DNA of 27,828 nucleotides from Planctomycetota bacterium (GTDB lineage Bacteria > Planctomycetota > Planctomycetia > Pirellulales > Thermoguttaceae): positions 1 to 27,828 of the forward strand of contig JABMRP010000905.1 in assembly GCA_013202535.1 (NCBI GenBank). The letters run 5' to 3'. Shown piece by piece: positions 25,599 to 27,828 of this stretch (positions are counted from its first letter, which is position 1; each line of letters opens with the position of its first letter). The translations under genes and the position numbers were made by a program. The notes below the pieces were generated by a model. It saw only the letters and a program-made list of their open reading frames with translations, did not search any database and was not told the origin of the DNA.

Positions 25599-25623
25599 CT
25601 TTGTGTCCTTCGTGCCTTTGTGG
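25599..25623. repeat. Single unit of the CTTTGTGTCCTTCGTGCCTTTGTGG dispersed repeat (reads HKGTKDTK on the minus strand)
   Basis: Recognised from memory as a widespread intergenic repeat of environmental bacteria; only one copy in the window. Confidence 0.55.
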
Positions 25624-25630
25624 TAGGCCT

Positions 25631-25656
25631 GAACGGTGGCTCCGCCTTGTTCGGCG
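25631..25656. repeat. 26-bp direct repeat, left copy (intergenic)
   Basis: GAACGGTGGCTCCGCCTTGTTCGGCG, identical to 25998-26023. Confidence 0.95.
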
Positions 25657-25678
25657 CGAATGCGACAATACCGTCGAT

Positions 25679-25960
25679 TCAATCGTTCTGTCGCCTCTCT
25701 TTCCTTCGTTCGAAGTATACATCCGCAACTCCGGCAACGCCGACGAGAGCCACGGCAGGACCCGCGAAGAAACAAATAAGACCGAGGCAAAAGAGAAGAC
25801 CGCCTCCGGCCGAGTACCCGGGGACGGCGATCGGGCAGTCTATTCGGATAAACCAGTAGCCGAGCAGACAGAGGGGGATGGCACCTGCGAGAGCAAGCAC
25901 CCAGGGCTTGAAACTTGGCAATGCGATGTCGGTATTGTCTCTCATCATCACTCCAGTCAT
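25679..25960 (-). CDS. Small two-TM membrane protein, unknown function
   Basis: Two hydrophobic segments and a basic C-terminus (ERRKERR); ATGA overlap with the upstream gene. Confidence 0.65.
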   Translation of the reverse strand: MTGVMMRDNTDIALPSFKPWVLALAGAIPLCLLGYWFIRIDCPIAVPGYSAGGGLLFCLGLICFFAGPAVALVGVAGVADVYFERRKERRQND

Positions 25961-27108
25961 GGCGCCGGAACCACCTCGAACCCCAGGCCGCGGCGGCGAA
26001 CGGTGGCTCCGCCTTGTTCGGCGACTTGGCGAAGGAGTCCTTCGATCGACGCGTCCTTGACCGTGACGGTGACCAGTTGGTCGAGCGAGATGCCGGCCTG
26101 GGCGAAGGCCGCCCGGTCGATGGTCAGTTCGACCTGTAACTGTTTGGCCAGATTTTCCAGGACGTCGCCCAGGTGATGGTTCTTGACGTTGTATTCGGCA
26201 ATCCGGATTTCCGTGCCGGGGCGCGGACGCACGGGACGGGTAGTCGGCCGGCTGGCGGCCGCCAGCCGCTCGTGATCTTCCAGTCGCCCCTTAACCCAGA
26301 CCTTCCCGCCGGAGAGCTTGACCTCGCAGTCGGGCAACAAAGCCGCTACCTGTTGGGCCTTTTCTTCCGGCTTGCTGCCGCCCGGGTAACTGCGCACCAT
26401 CGACACGTCCTGGGGGATGGGAGTCAAGGAGACCGTGTTGCTCTGGGGGTCGACGGCAAAGGTAAGATCGAACTGACCGGCGATCCACGTGAGCCGATCG
26501 ATCGGGCTGATCGGCGGCAATTCGGCCCCCGCCCAAAGATCGTGCGGAACACGGTCCAGACCGGCCAACGTAAAGCCGCCTTCCTCGGCGATACGCCCCA
26601 GCAACTCGGCCGGCGTCGTAAAATCATCCCATCGCATCGACTTCCTGGCCGCCAGGCTGTCGCGGAGCGGGGCGGGCAGTTTCGACACGTCCTGGCGCCG
26701 CAATTCGGCCAATGTGCGCATCCGGGTCGTGAACTCCGGCGGCCCGAAGCAAGCGACCGATCCGAGCATACTGACGTGGAGTCCTCGGGCGTCGGCGATC
26801 CGAGCCAACAGTTCTCGCAACGAGATGCTCCCATGGGACATCTTCAGCGGCTGCCCCGGGTCGACGCGCCGATCGAGCAGAACGGCCACGCGGTGCTTTC
26901 GGGAGACTTCGGTGAGCGCGTCGCGCAACGGAATCCCGGACCAACTACCCGGCCCGATTTCTTGCGAAAGCCGCTTGTGGAGCGTCGTCCCGGTGAGCCA
27001 AGGTTCCGCCGCGCCGGCGGTCGGCAATCGGTCGGCGGGAGCGGCCATCGCGATCAGCGACAATCCCGTCCAGAACCACCAAAGACGCCAGAGAAAACGT
27101 ATGTGCAT
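25957..27108 (-). CDS. Exported protein with repeated STN/secretin-N-like domains
   Basis: Signal-peptide-like N-terminus. Repeats of the type PLRDAL..VSR...VAVLLDRRVDP and LGDVLENLAKQL.VEL..D...V....SIEGLL. Start 27108 or 27120. Confidence 0.7.
   Translation of the reverse strand: MHIRFLWRLWWFWTGLSLIAMAAPADRLPTAGAAEPWLTGTTLHKRLSQEIGPGSWSGIPLRDALTEVSRKHRVAVLLDRRVDPGQPLKMSHGSISLRELLARIADARGLHVSMLGSVACFGPPEFTTRMRTLAELRRQDVSKLPAPLRDSLAARKSMRWDDFTTPAELLGRIAEEGGFTLAGLDRVPHDLWAGAELPPISPIDRLTWIAGQFDLTFAVDPQSNTVSLTPIPQDVSMVRSYPGGSKPEEKAQQVAALLPDCEVKLSGGKVWVKGRLEDHERLAAASRPTTRPVRPRPGTEIRIAEYNVKNHHLGDVLENLAKQLQVELTIDRAAFAQAGISLDQLVTVTVKDASIEGLLRQVAEQGGATVRRRGLGFEVVPAP
25998..26023. repeat. 26-bp direct repeat, right copy (inside the STN-like gene, codons AEQGGATV)
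   Basis: Identical to 25631-25656. Confidence 0.95.
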
Positions 27109-27298
27109 GAAATTCCCCATCTAACCAGATTATCCCTCAAAATCGTCCCCACCGCCAGAGGAAATCGAGCCAACACGCCCGTGTTTTCGTTGGCTACTTT
27201 GGGCGTGTCCGATTACAATCGAGACTGTGGTTCGTGTCGGTGAAACGGAAGCCCGATGCCCCCTTGCATTGCCACGCATCCGTTTCGGAGCAATCAGC

Positions 27299-27828
27299 GT
27301 GAACGATAATCGTCCCCAATCACCGGTCCTGGCCCCCCTCTATCAACAATACTTGGATAACCAGGATTCGGCCAGCTTCATCAGCAAGATTTCTCGGCTA
27401 TACACGGCGGGAACGCTTGAGCGCCTGGTCAAGCATCCCCAGCCCGAGATGCGCCGCGCCGCGGTCCTGGCGCTGGGATTCCTCGGCGAGTACCAGTCGA
27501 ATCACGTCATGGGACGGGCGCTGAACGACGAGGATCGAACCGTCCGATTGCTGGCGGAGAATGGCATCCGCTCGCTCTGGACACGCGCTGGAAACGACCG
27601 CCAGCGACAGCAACTGAGCATCATCATCCGGCTCAATGCCGCGCAACATTTCGAGGAAGCCATCGACCGGTGCGCCGAACTCATTGAAGACGCGCCCTGG
27701 TTTGCCGAGGCGTGGAAGCAACGCGCGGTCGCCCATTTCAATCTGGGGCAGTTCGTCGAGGCCATCCGCGATTGCCATCAGGCCCTGGAAATCAACCCCT
27801 ACCATTTCCTCGCGGCCACCGCCATGGG
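27299..27828 (+). CDS. HEAT-repeat + TPR protein, truncated by the window end (absent from the ORF track)
   Basis: Open frame from GTG 27299 with GGAG 8 nt upstream: MRRAAVLALGFLG, ALNDEDRTVRLLAENGI, FAEAWKQRAVAHF and ALEINPYHF. Confidence 0.88.
   Translation, partial: MNDNRPQSPVLAPLYQQYLDNQDSASFISKISRLYTAGTLERLVKHPQPEMRRAAVLALGFLGEYQSNHVMGRALNDEDRTVRLLAENGIRSLWTRAGNDRQRQQLSIIIRLNAAQHFEEAIDRCAELIEDAPWFAEAWKQRAVAHFNLGQFVEAIRDCHQALEINPYHFLAATAM

Larger units (their letters stand above)
14950..25630. other. Putative horizontally acquired signalling island (no mobility gene in the window)
   Basis: Lower GC in spot counts, co-oriented accessory genes and broken or duplicated sequence at both edges; boundaries are approximate. 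Confidence 0.55.

Noticed and set aside
25631-25656. Integron attC interpretation of the 26-bp repeat (GAAC...GTTCGGC ends)
   Set aside because: Far shorter than an attC, one copy is coding, and no integrase or cassette array is present.
25664-25939. 10-bp inverted repeat GACAATACCG / CGGTATTGTC around the small membrane gene
   Set aside because: It does not extend, has no target duplication, and could be chance.

Overview
The window looks like a GC-rich planctomycete chromosome (Pirellulales-like; inferred from the gene families and repeats) with three blocks. (1) 1-8082: a cytoplasmic Ser/Thr kinase, a D-2-hydroxyacid dehydrogenase, a split DoxX membrane protein with a very large helical insert coupled to a Tat-type Gfo/Idh/MocA oxidoreductase, a sugar-phosphate isomerase-like TIM barrel and a small PHA-granule-region protein. 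(2) 8079-14526: a complete minus-strand operon cheR-cheA-cheC-cheD-cheY. CheA has two Hpt domains and a 7x15-bp repeat, and the operon has no cheB, cheW or receptor. A second cheY is transcribed divergently. (3) About 14950-25630: an apparently lower-GC signalling island encoding a SulP transporter with a ~140-aa loop insert, two cytidylate-kinase-like+BON proteins (one fused to a receiver), a Cache histidine kinase, two stand-alone receivers, a PAS kinase and a sigma54 activator. Its left edge carries an unannotated 42-codon trkH stump with its own promoter. Its right edge carries a REP-like element and an exact 26-bp direct repeat. The window ends with an STN-like protein, a small membrane protein and a partial HEAT/TPR gene. 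I found no rRNA, tRNA, CRISPR array, integrase or transposase. All family assignments come from reading motifs by eye, not from database searches.
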